In this document: positions 19,400 to 28,424 of the stretch, one piece after another
Layout: every line of letters begins with the position of its first letter
Numbering within the stretch: position 1 is the stretch's first letter
Source: a virus
Taxonomy: Duplodnaviria; Caudoviricetes
IMG/VR virus record: IMGVR_UViG_3300027419_000032
Coordinates: 1,375-65,374 of that record
DNA length: 64,000 nt
Reading direction: 5' to 3' (one strand)
Notes under the pieces: generated by a model
Database searches by the model: none
What the model was told of the DNA's origin: nothing
What the model saw: only the letters and a program-made list of their open reading frames with translations
Made by a program: the position numbers and the translations under genes

Positions 19400-20212
19400 A
19401 TGACAATCATAAGTACGTTCAAATGGCTGAAAGATTCGGCTCTGGCCGATTTCAAAGCCAGAGTCTACAATCTCGGATCGGATGAGTTTGCGACGGCTAC
19501 CCTGCTATTAGCTCCGTCATTTTCGGTGTCTGATAGCCTTACCCGTCCGGCGAACACTACGCCGTACGCTGCCAACAAAAGTATCAACTGTTCGGCAGCA
19601 GTCACGGCCATGTCATATTCCGGCCTGACCGTGACTCTGACAGCAGCAAATGCCTTCGCGGTCGGGGACAGGATCACTGTAGCCGGGGTCAATTCCGGGT
19701 TTTCAGCCGCAAACATTGACGGCAGCTGGATTTGCAAAGCTGGAACTAATGCAACTACGGTTGTATTCGATGTCGCCATCCAGCCGACGGGGACCACGCC
19801 GCAGACAGTTACTGCCGGAACTATTTCCAAGTGTCTGAGCTTAGTGGTGTCAGACATTGCAGGGGCATCGGTGATCCTGTCGAGGCTTTCAATCGCATTG
19901 CCCGGCGTGGCGATGACTGGGGCAGTTCGGGTATATGTCTATACTGTACAGCCAACAGTACTCGTCGATCAGGCTACATTCACGATTCTGGCGGCCAACG
20001 ACACCTACCGAAAAGAGTACATCGATCTCTATCCAGTGACCGAAGGCAGCGGATCGGATTGTACCTTCGCCTCTAAACAACTTTGGGAAGTTTTCAAGCT
20101 GGAAGCGGCGGACACGAGGCTCTATTTCCGGCTTTCCGCACAGGGCGCAGGGACACCGACATCCGCAGGAGTTGTTACTCTCCGAGGATCTGGCTTGCAG
20201 ATGCTAGGGTGA
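19400..20212 (+). CDS. putative beta-rich virion/adhesin protein
   Basis: 270 aa, T/A/V/G-rich, GC-richer DNA. Confidence 0.7.
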   Translation: MTIISTFKWLKDSALADFKARVYNLGSDEFATATLLLAPSFSVSDSLTRPANTTPYAANKSINCSAAVTAMSYSGLTVTLTAANAFAVGDRITVAGVNSGFSAANIDGSWICKAGTNATTVVFDVAIQPTGTTPQTVTAGTISKCLSLVVSDIAGASVILSRLSIALPGVAMTGAVRVYVYTVQPTVLVDQATFTILAANDTYRKEYIDLYPVTEGSGSDCTFASKQLWEVFKLEAADTRLYFRLSAQGAGTPTSAGVVTLRGSGLQMLG

Positions 20213-20219
20213 GGCGTGC

Positions 20220-21230
20220 ATGTTTCCGAATGCGCTTCATCCTCCGCCAGACTTTTTCCCTACCCCGCTTAGGCTCACGGCTTCGCCTACTGCACCGGGC
20301 GAAACCATTACTCTCGCAAGGCTTACGGTTAATTCGCCAACTAGAATATCATGGGGCGATGGAGCCTCGCAGATTCTGCCAGCCAATAACACATCAGCAG
20401 TAACGCACGTCTATGCCGCGTCCGGGACGTATCGGATTCTGGTCGAAGATGCGAAAAAAATCACGCAGATCAACCTAGATTCTGCGAAACTCGGCGGCCT
20501 GAATACTGCGGATCTGCGGTATAGTCAGATCACGTATTTCGTAGTCACGGTGATCACTAGCAGCATCATCCGATCTTCCGACATGACCGCTTGGCGACCG
20601 ACGGATTGGCTGCTCTACTCGATGCCTGCTGGAACGTATTCGATATCCAGCGCCGACATGACCGCTTGGCGACCGACGTATTGGCTGCTCTACTCGATGC
20701 CTGCTGGAACGTATTCGATATCCAGCGCCGACATGACCGCCTGGCTACCGACGTATTGGTGGCTCTCCTCGATGTCCTCCGGAACATATTCGATATCCAG
20801 CGCCGACATGACCGCCTGGCGACCGGCGAATTGGTGGCTCTCCTCGATGTCCTCCGGAACATATTCGATATCCAGCGCCGACATGACCGCCTGGCTACCA
20901 ACGACTTGGCGGCTCTACTCGATGCCTGCTGCTGGATCGTCGTACACTTTCGCCGCGTCATGTATGCGAAATTGGACTGCTTTAGCAACGTTGCTATGCA
21001 ATGATCTTGGTCTGGATGCTGCCGCAGTAGACACTATCCTGGCCGATCTATACGCCGGTAGAATGGGCTATATTGCCACAGCGCCAACGGCCAATCTTGG
21101 TGGCACCAACGCAGATCCGAATGGAGTTTATCAGGCGCAGGTGCCGCCAACTACCGGGATGGAAACGAAATATGAACTAGTGAACGATTCTGCCGCTCAA
21201 GGGTTCAAAAAATGGGCAATAACCACCTAG
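20220..21230 (+). CDS. PKD/Ig-like N-terminal domain plus LRR-like 25-aa repeats; putative receptor-binding protein
   Basis: ISWGDGASQ...THVYAASGTY (PKD-like); MTAW(R/L)PxxWxLxSMxxGTYSISSAD repeats. Confidence 0.65.
   Translation: MFPNALHPPPDFFPTPLRLTASPTAPGETITLARLTVNSPTRISWGDGASQILPANNTSAVTHVYAASGTYRILVEDAKKITQINLDSAKLGGLNTADLRYSQITYFVVTVITSSIIRSSDMTAWRPTDWLLYSMPAGTYSISSADMTAWRPTYWLLYSMPAGTYSISSADMTAWLPTYWWLSSMSSGTYSISSADMTAWRPANWWLSSMSSGTYSISSADMTAWLPTTWRLYSMPAAGSSYTFAASCMRNWTALATLLCNDLGLDAAAVDTILADLYAGRMGYIATAPTANLGGTNADPNGVYQAQVPPTTGMETKYELVNDSAAQGFKKWAITT
20581..20930 (+). repeat. 75-bp tandem repeats, four full plus one partial
   Basis: units start at 20581, 20656, 20731, 20806 and 20881 with ACATGACCGC. 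Confidence 0.95.
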
Positions 21231-21238
21231 GAGGATGC

Positions 21239-21439
21239 ATGCCAGATATCTACATTTTCGAAGGAGTGTTGCAGGAGATTTCCCGATCCAACGGCGATGT
21301 GACCGGAATTCCACCCGGCTCCTCTCTTATCGAGTCAGCGATCTGGAAGGGTATGTGTGAACAAGCTAGTGATGAAGCCTCGTTGATTGCTTCAATTCCA
21401 GCTACTGATATTCGAGGCGACAATGACATCCGCTGCTAA
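21239..21439 (+). CDS. small hypothetical protein
   Basis: GAGG RBS then ATG at 21239. Confidence 0.55.
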   Translation: MPDIYIFEGVLQEISRSNGDVTGIPPGSSLIESAIWKGMCEQASDEASLIASIPATDIRGDNDIRC

Positions 21440-21623
21440 GATAGATGCCGTAGAAATCAAGGATGAAAAGCTCACAAAATCAATGGCAAATACGCAATTG
21501 GCGTTCGGAGAATCTCGTATATATGTCAAGCACTTTGACAAGATAACGGCCAAATGCAAAAACGAAAAGAGTCTGCTGGCAGCACTGAAGATAGAGGACA
21601 AACGCGATGACAAATATAAATGA
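21423..21623 (+). CDS. small hypothetical protein
   Basis: overlapping-gene packing; ATG at 21423. Confidence 0.5.
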   Translation: MTSAAKIDAVEIKDEKLTKSMANTQLAFGESRIYVKHFDKITAKCKNEKSLLAALKIEDKRDDKYK

Positions 21624-21758
21624 TTCCCCAAACCCCGAAATCGACTGGAATACATGTATCGAATTTCAAGGACCGGAAGCCGCTCTACCAACTGGTCTGG
21701 CGCACCTGACGAAAGGCATCTCTGTATTGGACATGCTGGCAGAGTTGTCTACATTGAC

Positions 21759-21977
21759 ATGAAACTGAGCAATTTAATCACGTCTGCGAACGAATATGTG
21801 AAAGACCAAATATCCCATTTTCACGTCGGATCTACCCGAGTCGGTCAACTCGTCCGTATTGCGCCGGGATTGTCGGGAATCTTCTTGGGTGATAGGATCG
21901 ATTGGCGTTTGGCGGTGGGTATTAAAACTGACGATGGGACGATATTAGAAGATTTATCGGGGACCGCTTTGCTTTAG
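21759..21977 (+). CDS. small hypothetical protein
   Basis: internal ATG of ORF 21654-21977. Confidence 0.45.
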   Translation: MKLSNLITSANEYVKDQISHFHVGSTRVGQLVRIAPGLSGIFLGDRIDWRLAVGIKTDDGTILEDLSGTALL

Positions 21978-22082
21978 CAATTGCCCGCCCGAGGTCACGT
22001 ATAGGTGACAACCGTCACCTATATATCCTATAACCACCTTTCTCAACTAAATTCTTTTTTAAAAGAGAGATGGTGACCTAAA

Positions 22083-22646
22083 ATGAATAATACTCCCAAA
22101 CTTGATTGGACGCTTTTCGATTCTCAAGAGAAAGAGATTTCTACTATTAATAATGAACTCCATCAGCTTCGCAAGGAGAAATATCCTGAATACCGAGATT
22201 CATATTACCGATACTACAATGAATTTGGCATGAAAGGGATGATTGGAGACCTTTATAGAAAATTCGACCGATTGAAAATAATGTCAGAAAATTATTCTAA
22301 TGAAGATACCCAGAACAAAGAAAAGGAAATTACTGACCAATTTTATGATATTATCTCTTATTGTCAGCTTCAATTGTATTGGCTGAGAAGGGAGAAGTGG
22401 GAGAAGTGGGGGAAGACTCCGATTGAAACGCGGAATTATTGGAATGAAACGGATTCTGGGAGACTAAGAATACATACGGACAAAGTTCCCGTCCAATTAG
22501 TTGTCCCAAGCGACGTTGTTAGACATGATACAAAGATTTTTGATATTGGACCTTGTGTAGGATTCACTATTAAGTCTGATGGTACAAAAATTTATGAGAT
22601 AAATGTGAGAAAACTTGCGGAATTGGTTTTAGATTTGGAGGAGTAA
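22083..22646 (+). CDS. DUF1599/Nmad1-like (MazG-fold nucleotide-modification-associated) protein
   Basis: YRDSY...G...DLYRKFDRL...DQFYDIISY pattern. Confidence 0.65.
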   Translation: MNNTPKLDWTLFDSQEKEISTINNELHQLRKEKYPEYRDSYYRYYNEFGMKGMIGDLYRKFDRLKIMSENYSNEDTQNKEKEITDQFYDIISYCQLQLYWLRREKWEKWGKTPIETRNYWNETDSGRLRIHTDKVPVQLVVPSDVVRHDTKIFDIGPCVGFTIKSDGTKIYEINVRKLAELVLDLEE

Positions 22647-22649
22647 ATT

Positions 22650-23303
22650 ATGTCTCCCAAAGTTATATCACCTTCACAGGTGAATACTTATCGAAACTGT
22701 CCTCGCAACTATTACCTAAAATATGTTCTCTACCTGAAATCTCCAATAGAGTCACCACAGTTAGTGTTTGGTTCTAAGATTCATTCTATGATTTCTAAAC
22801 GAATCTTCGTTTCAGAAGATGCGCGAGAACAACAGATGTTAACTCGCGCACAAAAGTTCTTGGAAACACTCCCACCCGGCGGATTGATCGAGACCAGTTA
22901 TGAAGATAAGTCGAATCCAGCTAAATTTTACGGAGACATTCAAGGCCAAAGATCTGTGGCGGTGTTTGATCAATTGTGGGAACCGGATGATTGCCTAGGT
23001 TTAGATTGGAAATCGGGGTCGCTGCATACTTCGTATGCAGATCAGTACGAAATCCAAGGGTACTTCTTGTCTGAATTGTATAAACAAAAATACGGAGTTC
23101 CCATGAAAAGGCTCCCATTTAAGTTCCTTGCGGATGATAAAACTTATGAAGTTAAGCTCTTGGAGGACGAAAAATCATATAAAAAGGCGGAAAGAGCGGT
23201 TAAAAATGTTTTAAGTAACATAGAAAACGAGAAATTTGATAAAAAATGTAGCGGATTATGCTCATACTGCGACAACTCAATGTTTTGTCCCCTGGATCTA
23301 TGA
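22650..23303 (+). CDS. PD-(D/E)XK (Cas4/RecB-like) exonuclease
   Basis: SPSQVNTYRNCPRNYYLKY; LDWKSG; QIQGY-like motif; C-terminal CxxCxYCxxxxxC. Confidence 0.85.
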   Translation: MSPKVISPSQVNTYRNCPRNYYLKYVLYLKSPIESPQLVFGSKIHSMISKRIFVSEDAREQQMLTRAQKFLETLPPGGLIETSYEDKSNPAKFYGDIQGQRSVAVFDQLWEPDDCLGLDWKSGSLHTSYADQYEIQGYFLSELYKQKYGVPMKRLPFKFLADDKTYEVKLLEDEKSYKKAERAVKNVLSNIENEKFDKKCSGLCSYCDNSMFCPLDL

Positions 23304-23312
23304 GGTATTCTC

Positions 23313-23606
23313 ATGATTAAAGACCCTTTAATTTCGAACGATGACAAAAACATCTACTGCCCCACCTGGTCTCAAATTCTTGGCAAGAAGACGACTTGTT
23401 TAAAGGAAAATTGCACCAATTTTATACCTTCTCAAGAGGCGGAAGGGGAACTTTTAGAAGGATTTTGCCGGAAAGAAGGTGTGTTGGACGCATTAAATAG
23501 TATAATTATCTCGTTGGGCGTCCTATCAGGGCAGATAGATCTCAAATATCCTGAAGATCCCGACGCGGAGCCTCCAAAGGAACAAATAGGGGTACAATAT
23601 GGGTAA
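23313..23606 (+). CDS. Cys-containing hypothetical protein
   Basis: 97-aa ORF (YCP...CLKENC...FC). Confidence 0.65.
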   Translation: MIKDPLISNDDKNIYCPTWSQILGKKTTCLKENCTNFIPSQEAEGELLEGFCRKEGVLDALNSIIISLGVLSGQIDLKYPEDPDAEPPKEQIGVQYG

Positions 23607-23838
23607 TGAGCGGGTCGCAAACCCGAGCCGATCATTGCTGAATGATTTTATCATCCAATTCTCCGTTTTGATGGTCGGGTTAGTTGCTATCGGAATTGGC
23701 CGGATTTTAGGGGCTCTTCACTCCAATATTGACCAAGTTTTGGCTCATTTCTTGATAATTGGAGGTGTTTTAGTAATATTTTGCTTATTTGTAACCATTA
23801 TTCTTACTTGGAGGCGGTTGGATACGCAAAAGATGTAA
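23599..23838 (+). CDS. small two-TM membrane protein
   Basis: two hydrophobic helices. Confidence 0.65.
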   Translation: MGNERVANPSRSLLNDFIIQFSVLMVGLVAIGIGRILGALHSNIDQVLAHFLIIGGVLVIFCLFVTIILTWRRLDTQKM

Positions 23839-23966
23839 AAAGTGCGGATCTTTGGTGCAATCTAGAGAGGCGATTTTGTGTGGGGCGTGTGAGGACGAAC
23901 AAATAGCTTCTAAATTAGTTGGGAAGAGAACTAAAAAGAGAGATATTTGGGAGGAGACGTGGTACA

Positions 23967-24518
23967 ATGAAGGTCGCCGTTGACGTAGATGGTGTTTTAT
24001 CTGATGTAGTGGGACATATTTTACCCATTTTAAACAAGAAATATGACACAAATTACAAATATGAGGATGTAAATCATTGGGATTATCCTATAAACGGAAT
24101 ATCTATCGGGAAACATTCACTCCATCATTACGCCGATCCAGTATTTCTTCTTACAACCCCTGAAATTAAGGGCGCAAAAGAAGCGCTTATTGAGATTTCA
24201 AAACGACACGAAATAGTTATTGTTACTGGAAGACCTGATTATGCTCGTAGATATACATATTTATGGTTGAATGATCGTTTTATTCATAATAAAGTAATTT
24301 TCACAAATAAAAAGACCGTTCAATCTACCGATTGTGATGTTCTTATTGATGATTATTTTAAATATATAAATGATTTCTCTGAGTCAGGAGGAAAAACCGT
24401 TCAATTATTACAACCTTGGAATGAAAATTATATCGCAGAGGAAGTAAATTATGTGGCCACAAAGTGGGATCAAATTCCGGAGGTGATTGAGAGGATGCGA
24501 ATAGAAAACTTTATATAG
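23967..24518 (+). CDS. HAD-superfamily 5'(3')-deoxyribonucleotidase
   Basis: MKVAVDVDGVL (DxD); IVTGRP; DVLIDD; QPWN. Confidence 0.9.
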   Translation: MKVAVDVDGVLSDVVGHILPILNKKYDTNYKYEDVNHWDYPINGISIGKHSLHHYADPVFLLTTPEIKGAKEALIEISKRHEIVIVTGRPDYARRYTYLWLNDRFIHNKVIFTNKKTVQSTDCDVLIDDYFKYINDFSESGGKTVQLLQPWNENYIAEEVNYVATKWDQIPEVIERMRIENFI

Positions 24519-24570
24519 TATTAAAATATTACATTTTAATATATTATATGTAAATTTCGGAGTGTAATAT

Positions 24571-24735
24571 ATGATTAATAAAATAAGAACGTCTTCTACA
24601 CTTCTCCCTGAGACCGTAGATTGGATCGATAACAAAATTGAGAAATCTATTTTTAGATCAGTATCTCATGCTATAGATTTTTTAGTTGCCGAGGCCCGTC
24701 GCGAAGAAGAAAAGAAATTAAAGGAAGGTGACTAG
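24571..24735 (+). CDS. ribbon-helix-helix (CopG-like) regulator
   Basis: manual translation MINKIRTSSTLLPETVDWIDNKIEKSIFRSVSHAIDFLVAEARREEEKKLKEGD. Confidence 0.7.
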   Translation: MINKIRTSSTLLPETVDWIDNKIEKSIFRSVSHAIDFLVAEARREEEKKLKEGD

Positions 24736-24737
24736 AA

Positions 24738-25781
24738 ATGGGGAAGAAATTAAATTTAACAGAAGAGGAGAGAAAGGAGAGGAAAAAGGTACAGAGGAAG
24801 GAATATCGAGAGAAAAACAAAGAGAAGATAAGTAAAAGACAGAGGGAATACGACAAAGAGCACAAAGAAATCAATAAAGACAGAAAAAAAGGAATATAAT
24901 AAAAAATATAAAGAAAGTCATAAAGAACAAAGAAAGGAATATCGAGAGAAAAACAAAGATAAAATTAAGGTACAGAGTAAAGAATATAGAGAAAAACATA
25001 AAAATAAAATAAAATAAATGAAAATTCCAAAAAATACAATAAGGAGTACAAAGATCAACAGAGGGAATATCGAAAGAAATATGGAGAGAAAAATAAGGAA
25101 GTTCTCAAGGAGCGTCGTGAGAAGAACAAAGAACAAAAAAGAGAGTATAATAAAAATTATGCACCAAAATATTATGCTAAAAATATTGATAAAATCAAAG
25201 AGGTTTTAGAGGCCAATAAAGATAAAATTAGTAAATCACAAAAAGAATATAGACAAAATATAAAACGCAAAGCGTTGGATATGCTCGGAGGTTGTAAATG
25301 TTTTTCGTGCGGGGATGAAATTTTAGAACATCTTACTATAGACCACATAGATAATACGGGGTGCGTAGACAGGAAGATTGGTTTAAGCGGGAATGGTTTA
25401 TATTTAGCTATCGTAAAAGGAAGATATCATCAAGATAAAATTTCAAATTTAAGGGTTTCGTGCTGGAATCATAATCTTGGCAGGAGAAGAGAGTATTTAG
25501 ATCTTCCGATGGAGGGGCAAGTTGTTAAACAAAAGCATAAAATAAAACTTTGGAAAGAAGCGTTCGAATTTTTTGGGTCATGCCATTGCGGTATCTCTGA
25601 TTTGAAGTTTTTATCTATATCCCACATCAATAATGACGGGGCGGATCGTAGACGAAACGGCGAGCCGACGGGTCCGGCTCTCTTATCTAGATTCCACCAA
25701 GCGGGTTGGCCCGAATCGTTAAAAGATGAATTTTGTTTAGAATGTTTTAATTGCAATTGCTCGGATAGATTTAAAAATTAA
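24738..25781 (+). pseudogene. tandem-HNH endonuclease with two frameshifts in its K/E/Y-rich N-terminus
   Basis: MGKKLNLTEEERK... stops after an A-run near 24890; coding pattern resumes in other frames near 24895 and 25017 and joins ORF 25275-25781 (LTIDHID...GWPESLKDEFCLEC). Confidence 0.7.
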
Positions 25782-25789
25782 TTTCTATT

Positions 25790-26120
25790 TATTTTTCTAA
25801 TAGAAACCTTTAAATAATGTGATGAATATTCTTATTTATGGCTTTCAAATCAAAAGCGAAAAGAAAAAAAATATAATAAAGAGTGGAAAAATAAAAACAA
25901 GGCGAAACAAAAAACATATAATGCAAAATGGAAAACCAAACTAAAAACATGGTATTTTTCTAATAGAAACCTTTAAATAATGTGATGAATATTCTTATTT
26001 ATGGCTTTCAAATCAAAAGCGAAAAGAAAAAAATATAATAAAGAGTGGAAAAATAAAAACAAGGCGAAACAAAAAACATATAATGCAAAATGGAAAACCA
26101 AACTAAAAACATGGTATTTT
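25790..26120 (+). repeat. 163-bp tandem duplication of a promoter plus gene 5' end
   Basis: copies start at 25790 and 25953; the first copy has A8 versus A7, truncating its ORF to MAFKSKAKRKKI*. Confidence 0.9.
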
Positions 26121-26486
26121 AATTATAAAAATTCTTCTCCGTGCGTGATATGCGGTGAGGCGCGGGCTGTTGTTTTAGAGTCTCACCACATGGAAAAAGA
26201 AAATAAATCTTTTACTCTTTATGAAGGGGTAAAATTAGGTATTTCCATCAGAAGGTTGGAGATAGAAGCCACAAAATGCATAGTTCTTTGCGCAAATCAC
26301 CACAGATTACACCATAAAAACGCTTTTAATGAAAACGAACAGAAGATTTGGGATGAAAAGGTTAAACTTTTTGAGGCGAATAAAGGTACTCACTTTTTCG
26401 GGCAGCCTGAAACAACAAAGAAAACCAAGTCCAAATCTAAACCCAAGAAGAGGGTCAGTGTTCATATTAGATTATTGAAAGAATAG
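26001..26486 (+). CDS. HNH-like endonuclease
   Basis: PCVICGE...LESHH...KCIVLCANHHRLHH. Confidence 0.8.
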   Translation: MAFKSKAKRKKYNKEWKNKNKAKQKTYNAKWKTKLKTWYFNYKNSSPCVICGEARAVVLESHHMEKENKSFTLYEGVKLGISIRRLEIEATKCIVLCANHHRLHHKNAFNENEQKIWDEKVKLFEANKGTHFFGQPETTKKTKSKSKPKKRVSVHIRLLKE

Positions 26487-26525
26487 TAGCATAAACTATT
26501 TATACCATCAGGTCAATTACTAAAT

Positions 26526-26831
26526 ATGCTTAAACTAGTAGATTTAATCAACTGTGAATCATGTTGTTACGAACTTAGGCTAGTAATCGATGACCCAAAT
26601 TTCTTAATAACTCCATCTGACGTTCTCGATGAGTTGAAAAATGTGGGAGCGGAATTTGAGTTTGCCGAAAAGTTTCTAAGCGACGACGATCCTGATGAGG
26701 ATAGTTTTTTGATTATGGGGACTTTAAGAACCGTTGATTTGTTTGATACTCTAATGAAACTTGAAGATGAGGATTGGGAACTTCCTTGTGTAGGATGTGG
26801 CTGTTCTGAGTGCGGAGGAGAAAAAGAATGA
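26526..26831 (+). CDS. acidic hypothetical protein with Cys motifs
   Basis: 101-aa ORF; C-terminal CVGCGCSEC. Confidence 0.65.
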   Translation: MLKLVDLINCESCCYELRLVIDDPNFLITPSDVLDELKNVGAEFEFAEKFLSDDDPDEDSFLIMGTLRTVDLFDTLMKLEDEDWELPCVGCGCSECGGEKE

Positions 26832-27238
26832 AAATTGATAAATCTAAAATAGCTTATTTTTGGTATGAAAACGAAGAAGGAGAGAAGTGGGTCCCGCCTG
26901 AAGGATATTGCGGAGTTTCCAAACCACCAGAGGGGTTTATTTATCAAAGATCTATGTTTCCATTTCAAGTTCACGAAGTTATGCTTGTTTGCGAAGAAGA
27001 TGGGAGCCGCGAAATTTGTAGTGGAAATAGTTCCTGGCCGGAAGATTTAGTGCTTGCTATGGTGAAAAGTGGTGATTTTGGACTTTACCAGTCTATTTTC
27101 ATTACCGCCAATGCGTGTTCTAGATGTTTGAATGCATTGAGCTATAAATATCTTGGGCCAGACGAAGGGTATTCCGAAGAATCGGACGAGTATAAGAATT
27201 GTAATACGATTTGCGATTATTGCAGGGATGATGTATAG
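26828..27238 (+). CDS. Cys-rich hypothetical protein
   Basis: CSRC and CDYC pairs; ATGA overlap with the previous gene. Confidence 0.7.
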   Translation: MKIDKSKIAYFWYENEEGEKWVPPEGYCGVSKPPEGFIYQRSMFPFQVHEVMLVCEEDGSREICSGNSSWPEDLVLAMVKSGDFGLYQSIFITANACSRCLNALSYKYLGPDEGYSEESDEYKNCNTICDYCRDDV

Positions 27239-27422
27239 AGATATACATTAATGTTTTTATATGCGGGGCTGTTAGAATTCGAATGTGCTCGTATTTCTGA
27301 GTATTAGGGATAAATGTATGGTGACTTAGGAATTTTGATTTAATTCACGAGGAGAATAGAAAGAACGAAATAGTATTTGAAAGTAGATAACCTTAAATAG
27401 TATTAGACCAATAAACAATGTG

Positions 27423-27471
27423 CTTGACGGGCATGTTTTAAATAATCTTTTCATGACGGATCACCGTCAAG
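27423..27471. other. structured element with alternative pairings (CTTGACGG/CCGTCAAG, CATG/CATG, TGACGG/CCGTCA)
   Basis: read directly; intergenic, upstream of an HNH gene. Confidence 0.5.
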
Positions 27472-27505
27472 TATTTCTACTTTTCTTTATGTTATTTTTT
27501 ATGGA

Positions 27506-27525
27506 AACATTTAAATACCATTAAA
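27506..27525 (+). promoter_or_regulatory. promoter AACATTTAAATACCATTAAA, identical to the one before tnpB
   Basis: 20-bp identity with 63843-63862; both end 21 bp before the ATG. Confidence 0.7.
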
Positions 27526-27545
27526 ATAATATACTTCTGATCCAT

Positions 27546-28376
27546 ATGAAAAGTAATCCTATTTTAGATCCCGATACGACTTATAAGAATAAAGAATGGC
27601 TGTATCGAGAGTGTGTCGAGTTAGAGAAGCCGATACAACAAGTAATTGAGACATGTGGAGTAGGCAGGACAACTATTTCTAGATATTTAAGAAAATTTAA
27701 CATTAATGTTAAGAAGGAAAGAATTAAATTGGGTAAGAAGGGAAAAATTGTAACTTTAGAGACTAAAAATAAAATGTCTATAGCTCAAACAGGAGAGAAA
27801 AATCATTTTTACGGCAAGACGCATACAATTGATACGCGGTCCAGAATATCCTTAAAAAATTCTGGGAAGATACATTCTCCAGAGGTTCGCACAAAAATAT
27901 CCGTAGCTACAAAGAAAGCCTTAGATAATCAAGAGATGCGATCTAAACGATCCAAAATTCAAAAAGATCGTTTAACAAATGTCGATTTAAGAATTAAATT
28001 ATCTGAAGATCGACAAGGAGAAAAGAATCCGCGATGGCTTGGTGGAATATCTTTTAAAAAATATTGTCCAAAATTTAATAGAGATTTAAAACGGAGAGTG
28101 CGTGCGTTTTTCGGTTATCAATGTGTTTTGTGTGGAAAATCTACAGAAGAAAACGGAAAAAATTTAGACGTACACCATGTGGAATATAACAAAAATGCGT
28201 GTTGCGACGGAAAGCGAGTTCAATTCGCTGCATTATGTCGATCATGTCACACTAAAACGGGATCTAAACGTGAGAACTGGGAAGAAATGTTGCATATTAT
28301 AATTCATGAAGTTTATAACGATAGATCTTATTTTACCAAAGAAGAATGGAAAGAAATTTATAATATTTTTATTTAA
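27546..28376 (+). CDS. homing-type HNH endonuclease with HTH and NUMOD3-like repeats
   Basis: GEKNHFYGKTHT; GEKNPRWLGG; CVLCG...LDVHH...LCRSCH. Confidence 0.88.
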   Translation: MKSNPILDPDTTYKNKEWLYRECVELEKPIQQVIETCGVGRTTISRYLRKFNINVKKERIKLGKKGKIVTLETKNKMSIAQTGEKNHFYGKTHTIDTRSRISLKNSGKIHSPEVRTKISVATKKALDNQEMRSKRSKIQKDRLTNVDLRIKLSEDRQGEKNPRWLGGISFKKYCPKFNRDLKRRVRAFFGYQCVLCGKSTEENGKNLDVHHVEYNKNACCDGKRVQFAALCRSCHTKTGSKRENWEEMLHIIIHEVYNDRSYFTKEEWKEIYNIFI

Positions 28377-28391
28377 TTCGTTTTTTTAAAA
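28368..28391 (+). promoter_or_regulatory. conserved late-gene motif
   Basis: TTTATTTAATTCGTTTTTTTAAAA before the protease/scaffold gene. Confidence 0.65.
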
Positions 28392-28424
28392 TATAACTTA
28401 TCCATCACTTGGACAACCTCTATA

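Noticed and set aside
20581-20930. Diversity-generating retroelement TR/VR pair
   Set aside because: Some differences fit A-to-N changes (AAT/GAT/TAT/ACT), but others are at third or non-A positions, the repeats are tandem inside one ORF, and no reverse transcriptase is in the window.
19465-21004. Alternative-frame and antisense ORFs (19465, 19831, 20083, 20566, 20591, 20690)
   Set aside because: Products of higher GC and the 75-bp repeats overlapping clear genes.
23813-23983. Zn-finger-like frame (CKKCG...CGAC) overlapping 23599 and 23967
   Set aside because: No in-frame start codon after the upstream stop; cannot be supported as a gene without frameshift evidence.
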